This document shows, piece by piece, positions 9,123-17,388 of a stretch of DNA of 64,000 bases. The position numbers were made by a program, and so were the translations under genes. The stretch is from the NCBI GenBank assembly GCA_964351315.1, contig CAYGNH010000008.1:84180-148179 (forward strand), given 5' to 3'. The notes beneath the pieces were generated by a model. That model was not told the DNA's origin, ran no database searches, and saw only the letters and a program-made list of their open reading frames with translations. The stretch is from an uncultured Pseudobdellovibrionaceae bacterium. GTDB taxonomy: Bacteria > Bdellovibrionota > Bdellovibrionia > Bdellovibrionales > JAGQZY01. The stretch's first letter is position 1, and every line of letters begins with the position of its first letter.

Positions 9123-10322
9123 TTGCTTATTATTTTATCAGGTTTAGGTCTCTTTGCCGCAGTGGCTCTGGCTTTTGCGGGACGTCAGTGGCTCAAACAG
9201 TATCAAGAACTGATTCAACTCCGCGAACGGGTGCAAAAAAAAGATGAGGAACTCGCGGAGCAAGTTGAAAAGATCAATTTTTTTAAATCAGAGATGAAGT
9301 CGACTTTTGAAATCGCAGCACAAGAGGCACTTAAGGGCTCGAATCAAGAGTTTTTAAAGATGGCCGAGCTTGCCTTAAGCAAACAACATCAAAACGCTGA
9401 GAACAGCTTGGAAAAAAAGAAATCTGAAATATCAAATATTGTGAACCCTCTTAAAGAGTCTTTGCAACAGTTCTATACTGAAGTCACCAATATGGAAAAA
9501 GAGCGTCAACGGTCTTACGCTTTGGTGGAAAGTGAAATTAAAAAAGTGGTAGAAACCAGCGTCAGTTTGTCAAAAGAGACTCGTGCATTAAAAAATGCTT
9601 TAAAGAAACCCCATGTGCGTGGGCGCTGGGGAGAAGTGCAGTTAAAAAACTGTGTGGAGCTGGCTGGAATGTCAGAATACGCCGATGTCAGCTTTCAAGA
9701 CGTCAGTGACAATGATGGCAAGCGCTTGATACCCGATATGACGGTGAAGATGCCTGGAGGTCGAGTGGTCATCGTTGACGCTAAAACGCCTATAGATGCT
9801 TTTTTGGCGTCCCTGGAAGCGACGACTGATGAAGAGAAAAATTTAGAAATGGTTCGACACGGTAAGCAAGTTAAGGATCATATTGTTAAGCTTAGTCGCA
9901 AAGGCTATGGCGACCACTTAAAAAATAGTGCCGACTTTACAGTGATGTTTTTGCCTAACGAGTCGTTCCTTTATGCGGCCTTAGAAACCCAAGCGGATTT
10001 AGTCGAATTTGCTCTTGATAAACAGATTTTAGTGGCGACTCCTCCCACCTTTGTGGGGCTCCTCAAAGTCATACGCTATGGCTGGAATGAAGAGCGGTTG
10101 AATAAAAATGCCGAAGAAATCTCTAATATTGGTAAAGAACTCCATAAGCGGATTGGGGATTTTATGGAGGCCTACTTCGAAATTGGAAGCAGTCTAGAGA
10201 AGGCACAATCCAGCTATGATGTGGGGCTCAAGCGTCTTAATTCTAGGGTGATCAGCCAAGCCAAAAAAATGGAATCCCTGGGCGCGAAAAGCCATAAAGA
10301 ACTCCCCACAGTCGATCACTAG
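9123..10322 (+). CDS. rmuC: DNA recombination protein RmuC
   Basis: N-terminal TM, then a long coiled coil, then 'RGRWGEVQLKNCVELAGM..DVSFQ..PDMTVKMPGGRVVIVDAKTP..MFLPNESF', the characteristic RmuC nuclease-like core. TTG start. Confidence 0.85.
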   Translation: MLIILSGLGLFAAVALAFAGRQWLKQYQELIQLRERVQKKDEELAEQVEKINFFKSEMKSTFEIAAQEALKGSNQEFLKMAELALSKQHQNAENSLEKKKSEISNIVNPLKESLQQFYTEVTNMEKERQRSYALVESEIKKVVETSVSLSKETRALKNALKKPHVRGRWGEVQLKNCVELAGMSEYADVSFQDVSDNDGKRLIPDMTVKMPGGRVVIVDAKTPIDAFLASLEATTDEEKNLEMVRHGKQVKDHIVKLSRKGYGDHLKNSADFTVMFLPNESFLYAALETQADLVEFALDKQILVATPPTFVGLLKVIRYGWNEERLNKNAEEISNIGKELHKRIGDFMEAYFEIGSSLEKAQSSYDVGLKRLNSRVISQAKKMESLGAKSHKELPTVDH

Positions 10323-10505
10323 GAACTTTTTAAAAAATCTCTGCAAAAGTGTTTCAACCTGAGACAGTTTTAGAGGGCTCCATTATGAGAATAGCCCTTT
10401 CAGACCTATAATATAGAGGAGGTCAGATTTGTCTTTCTTGGGTGACCTTAGGGCTTTAGTTCAGGGGATCTTAGTCCGATACGTTTTTATGAATCGGGGG
10501 ATTTA

Positions 10506-11486
10506 GTGAAACTCTTTTTTTTCACATTATTTTTATTTCCATTTTTAGTTTCAGCTCAAAGCACAAATTTTATCGTCAATGATTCAAGAGTTGTTGAGGA
10601 AAATCCTGGAGACAATCCGGCGGGTTTATCTTCAGGGTCACAGTCGGAATATCAAGACGCTGAACAAGGTAGTGAAATTGGCGACACCGGATCCTTTCAG
10701 ACAACCCAACAAGGGGGGCTGGATGGAACCACGGGTTTGCAAAGCTCTGGGCAAGGTGTGCAATTGCTTGGTCTGGCTCAAGGAGCAATGTTTGCTAGTA
10801 TGTGTGGTCCCCACAATGCCATGGCTTGCGTGGCCGCTGGTTTATCTTTTGCTGATGCCATGGCTGGCGGTAGTGCAGCCAATGCGGCTTATCAAAAAGG
10901 AACCTACATAGATCCTACGGCGGGCTACGATGGTGAAGCTGGTGGTACGGATCCCCTGATCGACCAACAAATTCAAGACGGCATACAAAATCTTGCAGAA
11001 TCGGGATACACCTTAAGTGATGGGGGTGTTGTGGGTCCGGATGGGCAAACTTATTCTGCAGAAGATTTGCAAAGTGTTGAGGCCATGGTGGCTAAAGGAG
11101 CCACTCCCGCCCAAGCAGCACAGTTCCAAGATCAACTGGCTAGAGTGCAGGCGGAGGCGGCCGAAAAAGTGGGCGTTGAAGTTCCTCAGGAAGGTGAAGG
11201 ACAGGCGGTTGCCACTTCCGGCGCTGGATTTGGTGGTGGCGACACAAGTGGGGGTGCTACTCGTGGAGCCGACACCTACATCGAAGAAATCGAGTATCGC
11301 GGAAAAAAGAAAGAACAAAAGCGGGGAATTGCCGAAGCGGCAGCCTCGAAACTATCAAAGAACTTTAATGGTGAGCCAATTGGAATCGGGATGGGGAATT
11401 TGTTTTTGATTGTTCACCAAAAATATAAAACCGAAAAAAGTAAGAAACGATTTTTTAACAAAGAAATAGTAAGCAAAGGAAAATAA
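10506..11486 (+). CDS. Secreted Gly/Gln/Ala-rich low-complexity protein (hypothetical)
   Basis: GTG start after GGGGGA. Signal peptide is 'MKLFFFTLFLFPFLVSAQS'. It has a hydrophobic Ala/Gly segment ('LLGLAQGAMFASMCGPHNAMACVAAGLSFADAMAGG') and a basic C-terminal tail ('NLFLIVHQKYKTEKSKKRFF'). Confidence 0.6.
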   Translation: MKLFFFTLFLFPFLVSAQSTNFIVNDSRVVEENPGDNPAGLSSGSQSEYQDAEQGSEIGDTGSFQTTQQGGLDGTTGLQSSGQGVQLLGLAQGAMFASMCGPHNAMACVAAGLSFADAMAGGSAANAAYQKGTYIDPTAGYDGEAGGTDPLIDQQIQDGIQNLAESGYTLSDGGVVGPDGQTYSAEDLQSVEAMVAKGATPAQAAQFQDQLARVQAEAAEKVGVEVPQEGEGQAVATSGAGFGGGDTSGGATRGADTYIEEIEYRGKKKEQKRGIAEAAASKLSKNFNGEPIGIGMGNLFLIVHQKYKTEKSKKRFFNKEIVSKGK

Positions 11487-11487
11487 T

Positions 11488-12666
11488 ATGGGCATTATTC
11501 GACTTTTCATTATTTTCGCAGGCGGGTTAGGATTTAGTGCTTTGGCACAAGCTCAAGCTCCATCAGGACTTTCTCCTTTTACAGCCGAAACAGCGCCTCA
11601 GCATATAACAGATTGTTCGACGGCAGAAAGTTTTGTGCCTCGATACTGCAGCCAAAACCCAGCTTTAGTAAATGCTCAAGCTGCGGCGGGCAACGCGAAT
11701 ATTCCTAATCAGACAAATCCAGGAGCTGGCCAAACTGTGACAGCGACTCAGGGAGTAATGAACCAGGCAAGGTCGCAAACAAGAGTCGTTCAGAGCGCTT
11801 GTCAGGCTGCTTTTGATTTGTGTAACAACTTTTGTACCAACGAAGCGAATCAAGCCTATGGATCGAATCCCCCCGACATGCCTACGGGTGATCAAAGAAT
11901 CAGTATTAGACAGAGGTGTGTACAAGAAAACACCACCTTGCAGTCACAAGCGGCTGGATTACAAGCGGATATCTCACAAATCCTTGAAGGGTTGGCGATG
12001 TTGGCGCAAGCCTTGGGCTTGGGGCAAGGCAATAGCGGTATGGGAATTGGAGCCTCAGGCGAAGAGCCTGAAGATAAGTGCGAGGGTGAGTACGCGCACT
12101 TGTTGATTGAATGTAAAGAACAATCCGGTCCAAGCAGTTCTCGGGCGGGGCTTAGCGGAATTGCGGCTTTGAACGGAAAAACCAGCAATGGCCTTGGCAA
12201 CCTTTTTGATGGAGCCGATGGAGGAGAGCCTGGAGGTGAAGACAAAGGCGTCGGCAACGAAGGTGGAGCTGGAGGCAATCCTTTTGGGGCTGCTGGACTT
12301 GGAAACTCAGGAGGATTAGGTGGAACGAACGCTGCAAATGTTGGCGGTGATGGTTCCTCGGGCGACGGTCTCGACACAGACATCAACAAAGGCTTTTTAG
12401 GCACCGGTGGTGGCTTTGGCGGCGGTGGTGGCGGCGGCGGTAGTCGCGGTGGCGGCGGCCGAGGCTTTTCAGCAATTCCTCCAGTTGGCGGCAGCGCTGA
12501 CGGAATGAATAAAGCGTCCTTACAAAAGAAATTAAACAAATATGCAAACGACAGTGCCAGAAACCCCGCTTCGGTGGGCGGCGCGAATGGACCTTTTGAG
12601 TCGAATTGGGCAATCATTAAAAAAGCCTATAAAAAGAATTCGGGTTCCATGTTTCATCAACAATAA
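11488..12666 (+). CDS. Secreted Cys-containing, Gly-rich low-complexity protein (hypothetical)
   Basis: It starts 1 nt after the previous stop. Signal peptide is 'MGIIRLFIIFAGGLGFSALAQA'. It has a Cys-rich N-terminal domain, a poly-Gly/RGG tract ('GGGFGGGGGGGGSRGGGGRGF') and a basic C-terminus ('SNWAIIKKAYKKNSG'). Confidence 0.6.
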   Translation: MGIIRLFIIFAGGLGFSALAQAQAPSGLSPFTAETAPQHITDCSTAESFVPRYCSQNPALVNAQAAAGNANIPNQTNPGAGQTVTATQGVMNQARSQTRVVQSACQAAFDLCNNFCTNEANQAYGSNPPDMPTGDQRISIRQRCVQENTTLQSQAAGLQADISQILEGLAMLAQALGLGQGNSGMGIGASGEEPEDKCEGEYAHLLIECKEQSGPSSSRAGLSGIAALNGKTSNGLGNLFDGADGGEPGGEDKGVGNEGGAGGNPFGAAGLGNSGGLGGTNAANVGGDGSSGDGLDTDINKGFLGTGGGFGGGGGGGGSRGGGGRGFSAIPPVGGSADGMNKASLQKKLNKYANDSARNPASVGGANGPFESNWAIIKKAYKKNSGSMFHQQ

Positions 12667-13745
12667 ATGCAACCCAAGTACTGGGGCTTTTTTGCCCCGG
12701 TCAACTTCGGCAAATGAACCTTTTTCTCAAAATATCGAGCGGCAGCAAGAAAGGCAAAAGTACTGGCCTCAAAGCCCTGGCTGGGCCACCCCAAGTCATC
12801 GGTCAGACGAATCTGGGAATGAGGCAGATCAAAGGCAATTCGCTCCATTAAATAAGGGTTTTGTACTCCGCCCCCATAAAAAAATATTTGTTCCGGAGAT
12901 CGAGGTAAAACTTTATAAGCTTTGGCAATGGGTAGGGCAGTGACTTCTGTAAGTGTGGCCATTTGATCATAGAAATTAAGGCGTTTAAATCGAAGCCCAC
13001 CCCATTGTTCGATCATTTCTAAGTTAAAGTCTTCGCGCCCCGTACTTTTGGGTGGTTTTTTAGAAAAATAAGGATGATTTAAAAACTGATTCACTAGCAA
13101 AGGGTCAGGAATTCCCTTTGCCGACCATTGGCCGCCTTTATCAAAAACGCCCCTGTTATTTTTCTGTACCCATGCATCCAGCAGAATATTGGCGGGGCCA
13201 GTGTCAAAGGCTAACGACTTTTGGCGACCAAAGAAGGTAAGGTTCGAAATTCCACCCAAATTATGAAAGGCACAATTTTCTAATTTCTTTTGGGTCGCAA
13301 TCACTTTCTGGAAAAAAGGTGCGAAAGGAGCTCCCTGTCCGCCGTTGACCACATCGGCGGCGCGAAAATCAAAATAAACGGGCCTGTTAGTGGCTTCAAA
13401 TGCAAACCCAGGATGCCCAATCTGTGCTGTTGAGACAGCTCCTTGGTGAAAAACTGTCTGTCCGTGAAGGCCAATAAGGTCGAAGTTCACTGCTTTTTTT
13501 ATAGTCTTCAGGTGGCTTCCATACAAGCGCCCCAAATCGTAGTGTACCCCAGAGAGATCGTATGTGGTCAGTTGATTTTTGGCCGCCGCCAAAAGATTTT
13601 TCTTTAAGAGTTTTGGAATTGATCGCTGCCAATGTTTTATAAACTTAATTTTTTTAAAATCTTGATCAACCTGAATCAGGGAATAGTCGACAGCATCTAA
13701 ACTGGTTCCGTTCATGATCCCAATAGCTTTGATAGACTTTTTCAT
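12657..13745 (-). CDS. anmK: Anhydro-N-acetylmuramic acid kinase
   Basis: 'IGIMNGTSLDAVDYSLI', 'IGLHGQTVFH', 'DFRAADVVNGGQGAPFAP' and 'HNLGGISN' are hallmark AnmK motifs. The start overlaps the upstream stop (ATGA). Confidence 0.9.
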   Translation of the reverse strand: MKKSIKAIGIMNGTSLDAVDYSLIQVDQDFKKIKFIKHWQRSIPKLLKKNLLAAAKNQLTTYDLSGVHYDLGRLYGSHLKTIKKAVNFDLIGLHGQTVFHQGAVSTAQIGHPGFAFEATNRPVYFDFRAADVVNGGQGAPFAPFFQKVIATQKKLENCAFHNLGGISNLTFFGRQKSLAFDTGPANILLDAWVQKNNRGVFDKGGQWSAKGIPDPLLVNQFLNHPYFSKKPPKSTGREDFNLEMIEQWGGLRFKRLNFYDQMATLTEVTALPIAKAYKVLPRSPEQIFFYGGGVQNPYLMERIAFDLPHSQIRLTDDLGWPSQGFEASTFAFLAAARYFEKKVHLPKLTGAKKPQYLGCIYC

Positions 13746-14743
13746 TTTTCAATTTCCTCCATAAATAGACCAGCTTGTGGGGACTGAACATTGGCTGCAT
13801 CGTTTTTTGCGAAAACAATACAGTTCTTTAAAGGTGTATCGGGCTTCCAAACGATGCTTTCACCCAAAACCACATGCCCAGTGATTTCGTTCAGACGCTG
13901 TTCATGATCAAAATTCTGCGACACCAACTGGCCATGGTTAGATTGTCCTTTCCACAGCCTTTTCCAACCAAAAAACTTACGTCGTTCATTGACTGCCCCC
14001 CAATGATCGTCGGCTAAAGACCGACTGGCTGCAAAAAAGGAATGGGGATTGCCGGTTTCAAACCAAGAGGCCTTACTTAAATGAAAGTGAAAAAGATCTT
14101 TACCTTGGCTTAAAACTTCAACTAGGACATCATAAAAAATATTGGATTCACCATCAGGAATCCAGTCCAGAATCTTAGAGGAAAAAACTTTATAGCCTGT
14201 ATAATGCACCGGTAGAGGGTCTCCCGGGGGTTTGTCCATTCCAAAGCCAACAACGGTCTGGTCTGGGGTGACCCAGACTGGTTTAAGGCTTTTTAATAAA
14301 TCGTGATGATCACAGGTTAACAAACAACTTAAGGTCTCCTTTTCTTTAAAAAAACGAACCAGAGTATTTAAAGTTTTGTCATCCTCGGGAATTAAGACTT
14401 CGTCTCCGTTAGCGATCATAAAAAATTCATGTTTACGTAATATGTCCCTGGCATTCCAAAGGGCTCCCCCACTTCCCAGAAGCTGACTGGTTTCGTCGAC
14501 CGTAGCCACGTTTCTGCAGTAGGGGCGTAAAGATCCCGCAAAATTCTCGATTTGATCAGGCAGGTGGTGTTTGTTTAAAAGGAACTCCTTAAACCCGCCA
14601 ACCTGAGCCAAGTAAAAACCATAGTAGGCCAAGGGCATATTAAGTAATGGGAGTGTCGGCTTTGCGAAATAATCTGTATAGGGTTTTAATCGTGTTCCCT
14701 GTCCCGCCGTCAACATAAAGCAGAGGCTCACAGATCCTCCCAC
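13742..14743 (-). CDS. Sugar-1-phosphate nucleotidylyltransferase, MurU-like, with about 100-aa C-terminal extension
   Basis: 'MLTAGQGTRLKPYTDYFAKPTLPLL' is the NTP_transferase G-x-G-T-R-L signature. The gene sits between amgK-like and anmK. The C-terminal third ('VVLGESIVWKPDTPLKNCIVF') may be a beta-helix. Confidence 0.6.
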   Translation of the reverse strand: MGGSVSLCFMLTAGQGTRLKPYTDYFAKPTLPLLNMPLAYYGFYLAQVGGFKEFLLNKHHLPDQIENFAGSLRPYCRNVATVDETSQLLGSGGALWNARDILRKHEFFMIANGDEVLIPEDDKTLNTLVRFFKEKETLSCLLTCDHHDLLKSLKPVWVTPDQTVVGFGMDKPPGDPLPVHYTGYKVFSSKILDWIPDGESNIFYDVLVEVLSQGKDLFHFHLSKASWFETGNPHSFFAASRSLADDHWGAVNERRKFFGWKRLWKGQSNHGQLVSQNFDHEQRLNEITGHVVLGESIVWKPDTPLKNCIVFAKNDAANVQSPQAGLFMEEIEK

Positions 14744-15735
14744 TGGTTTTGTGAACGATTTAAAAGTCCAGCAAGGGTACTATCCGATTTCCACTTCGAA
14801 AGGTTCTCTGTGACCATTTTAAGAGTAGATGGGATATAGCCAAGGTACCGATTGTCGTCTCTGACCATCTTAAAAGAAGAAAAGCTACCGCAGGCTTTAA
14901 AACATCTTTGAATAGTCTGTAATAGAAAGAGATTTTCCCATTCATCACCAGACAACTTCAGATCCGAAAAGTAAGGAAAATGATTCTTGTAGTAAGTCAT
15001 AAGTTCACTAATCGAATCGGTGGTAAGCTCAACATAAGAATCAAAAAACAAGCTCACCAAGTCGTAGGCCGGCGGACCAAGGCGAGCATCTTGAAAATCG
15101 ATGATTGCGACTTCTCCGTAAGTGAGCATAATATTTCTCGAGTGGAAGTCACGATGACAAATCACTTGCGGAGACTTATATAGAGAATTGCAAATAGATT
15201 GAAACTCACTATCCAAAGCCGATTCTTCAGCGCTCGACAATTGCATTTTCAACAAGCCTTGCAAAAGGTTTTTTTTGGCATAATTTAGTTCCCACAATAG
15301 TTTTTCAACCGAAAATTCACTGTGGTAAGCGGTGCACACGCGGTCATCGGGATCTTTGAAACTCAAAGAATGAATTTTAATCAGCTCATCGAGAGAACTT
15401 TTATAAAAAGGAATAACGACGGATTGGTTCTGAAATTCCCAAAACCGTCTTTCCAGAGTTAGGTCGCCAAGGTCTTCCAACAAGAAAAGCCCTAAGTTTT
15501 TGTCGTAAGTATGAATTTTTGGAACTCGAATTCCCTGCTCATCAAAATATTTTTGTACCGACAGGAACGGAAAGTCGGCAATTTTTTCAAAGGGTTCCCA
15601 TTCCATGAGCACCCAAGATTTTTTTTCAGAAATGACGCGATAGTAGCGTCGAGTTGAGGCGTCGCCAGCTAAAGGAGTTACAGAAAAGTTTTCGGTATTC
15701 AAAAGAGGCTGCAAAAAATCGTGAAATGGTGACAT
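14728..15735 (-). CDS. amgK: Anomeric MurNAc/GlcNAc kinase-like phosphotransferase (AmgK/APH family)
   Basis: 'LAGDASTRRYYRV..WVLME' is the N-terminal signature of the AmgK (COG3178) group. 'HRDFHSRNIM' and 'IIDFQDARLGPPAYDL' are the APH catalytic and Mg-binding loops. Confidence 0.7.
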   Translation of the reverse strand: MSPFHDFLQPLLNTENFSVTPLAGDASTRRYYRVISEKKSWVLMEWEPFEKIADFPFLSVQKYFDEQGIRVPKIHTYDKNLGLFLLEDLGDLTLERRFWEFQNQSVVIPFYKSSLDELIKIHSLSFKDPDDRVCTAYHSEFSVEKLLWELNYAKKNLLQGLLKMQLSSAEESALDSEFQSICNSLYKSPQVICHRDFHSRNIMLTYGEVAIIDFQDARLGPPAYDLVSLFFDSYVELTTDSISELMTYYKNHFPYFSDLKLSGDEWENLFLLQTIQRCFKACGSFSSFKMVRDDNRYLGYIPSTLKMVTENLSKWKSDSTLAGLLNRSQNQWEDL

Positions 15736-15795
15736 CTCACGATTTTATATCAAGTTCTTCAGGAAGCCTAGCTCTGATAATTCAATGCAATAAAA

Positions 15796-16710
15796 TCAAT
15801 GCAGTAGACTTGAACCTGGCGAAAAGGGCAGGAAGAAAAGTCCTTTCGTTTCTTCACACTCATGGGTGAAGGGTGACTCTTTTTTGTGATGAAACACCAA
15901 AAAGTGCGCCTGAACTCGAGCCGAAACATTCTCGTTTGATTTATAGTGTTTGAACTGATGTTTGAGGTCAGCCAGTTCTTCCGGAGCTTGGTGCCGGCTG
16001 GTCACAATTATTAAGGGCTTGGGGCCATCGACTTTTTTCAAACCGGCTAAATTATTTCGCAGTATTTTTATCTGGTCCTCTGAAAGTTCCTCTAATGAGG
16101 GAATAAACAAAGTCACTTGCGGAAAATTTTGCCAATGATGGGGGTCTTGCCAAATTAAATCTGGCGTCTCTTTAGCATTGATAAAAGCCCAGTTTCCAAC
16201 CCAATCGTGAACAGCAAAAGCGATATGAGAGTTAAAGTTGTTGTTGTCACCACTTATCCATAAAGGGCGAAGGTCTATCGGTTTTTTTAATTTTCGCTCT
16301 TTATACTTAAAATGAGGGGTTGAGCTTTTTTTAGTACGTAGTTGAACGACTTTGTTACCATCATCGGCCACTTTTTCAGCAGCAATCAAGGTCTGTTGGC
16401 TAGTCTCTAGCTGGTCGACCAAGCTCACATGTTCGGTGATTGTCAATTGAAGGAATTGAGCCATTTCCGCAAAAACAACGGCGTCCTTGTTTTCCACCGG
16501 TCTTGCTGTGATCACAGCATTCAGTTCTTGTTTTGAATTGAAAATTGGAAAAGAAACTTGCCTAAGCGTTCTTGAATACACAAAGGGGCTAGTCCATCCG
16601 TTGTGTCGATCATGCCTTTTATGCGAGGCGGTTAGTTGTTTGTCGATTTTGAGTTCTGCGCCGTAACGTTCTTTAAAAATGGTGCTTACCCGGTTGAAAA
16701 TTGCTTCCAT
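15796..16710 (-). CDS. Hypothetical protein; C-terminal half resembles a degenerate sigma-54-activator AAA+ core
   Basis: 304 aa. 'LWISGDNNNFNSHIAFAVH', 'VTLFIPSLEELSEDQIKILRNNL' and 'PLIIVTSRHQAPEEL' line up by eye with Walker A, Walker B/helix and sensor regions of the EBP at 17389..18963. The catalytic residues are replaced (see findings). Confidence 0.4.
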   Translation of the reverse strand: MEAIFNRVSTIFKERYGAELKIDKQLTASHKRHDRHNGWTSPFVYSRTLRQVSFPIFNSKQELNAVITARPVENKDAVVFAEMAQFLQLTITEHVSLVDQLETSQQTLIAAEKVADDGNKVVQLRTKKSSTPHFKYKERKLKKPIDLRPLWISGDNNNFNSHIAFAVHDWVGNWAFINAKETPDLIWQDPHHWQNFPQVTLFIPSLEELSEDQIKILRNNLAGLKKVDGPKPLIIVTSRHQAPEELADLKHQFKHYKSNENVSARVQAHFLVFHHKKESPFTHECEETKGLFFLPFSPGSSLLH

Positions 16711-17054
16711 GGATTTGATCCCTTCCTTTTAATACGATCTTTCCTATACAAATGGTGTGCCGAAAATGAGCCTGACCAATGTGAAAAAAACTCATAAAAG
16801 AGTAACTGTTCAAAAAACATTGACTAAATAAAAGCCAATAAAAACAATAATTTATGTCCCAGTGTTGGCTTTTGCAGGAAATCGTTGAGTTGTTTTTACA
16901 GGCCTGCCCACAAAGTGGTCGAAAAGGTTGAGAGTAATAGTTTCAGGGATAGGTATAATATTAACACTGATTGGGGGGTAGAAGGTCCCATTGAGTGTGG
17001 CAACGGCTTGCGCTTGGATATCTAAAGTGAGAAAATTTGGGAAAGGGGAAAACT

Positions 17055-17327
17055 ATGAGAATACTAGCCTTTTTAATTATTCTTTGCTCGACAGTCTTGT
17101 CTTGGTCACAAAGCAATGTGGAAATCCGGGCCACATATGTCAAAGACAACAAAAACTATATCTATATGGAGTCGAAAACAGAGAAGCTAAAACTTAGAAA
17201 GTCGGAGTTAACAAAAGAGGGTGTTGATCAAATTTTGGCCAACAAAGAGAATGAGCTCACCCTATTTATTCCACCAAAATCTATTGTTAGCCGCTCGGAG
17301 AAAAAACAAAAGAGCGAAGAGTACTAA
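17055..17327 (+). CDS. Small secreted protein (hypothetical)
   Basis: ATG at 17055 after AGGGGA. Signal peptide is 'MRILAFLIILCSTVLSWSQS'. The 90-aa protein is Lys/Glu-rich and is followed by a strong terminator. Confidence 0.55.
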   Translation: MRILAFLIILCSTVLSWSQSNVEIRATYVKDNKNYIYMESKTEKLKLRKSELTKEGVDQILANKENELTLFIPPKSIVSRSEKKQKSEEY

Positions 17328-17331
17328 AAAA

Positions 17332-17355
17332 GGGAAGCCACAGCTTCCCTTTTTT
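17332..17355. terminator. Bidirectional rho-independent terminator
   Basis: Stem GGGAAGC / GCTTCCC (17332-17338 / 17343-17349), loop CACA, T6 run downstream and an A-run upstream. It lies between convergent genes. Confidence 0.8.
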
Positions 17356-17388
17356 AATCCCTAGAGGTCTACTGAACTCTGAAGAAAT

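Noticed and set aside
11892-12617. 241-aa Pro-rich ORF ('PPPPRLPPPPPPPPKPPPVP') on the minus strand
   Set aside because: It is the antisense shadow of the Gly-rich (GGN repeat) coding region of 11488..12666, since GGN read backwards gives NCC, which encodes Pro. It has no independent signal peptide or RBS. The plus-strand gene has a clear signal peptide and operon context.
16998-17011. Sigma-54-like promoter 'TGGCAACGGCTTGC' upstream of the small secreted gene and near the EBP
   Set aside because: The GG and GC dinucleotides are separated by 9 nt, not the canonical 10 (GG-N10-GC). It may be chance. It would need TSS mapping or an RpoN-dependence test.
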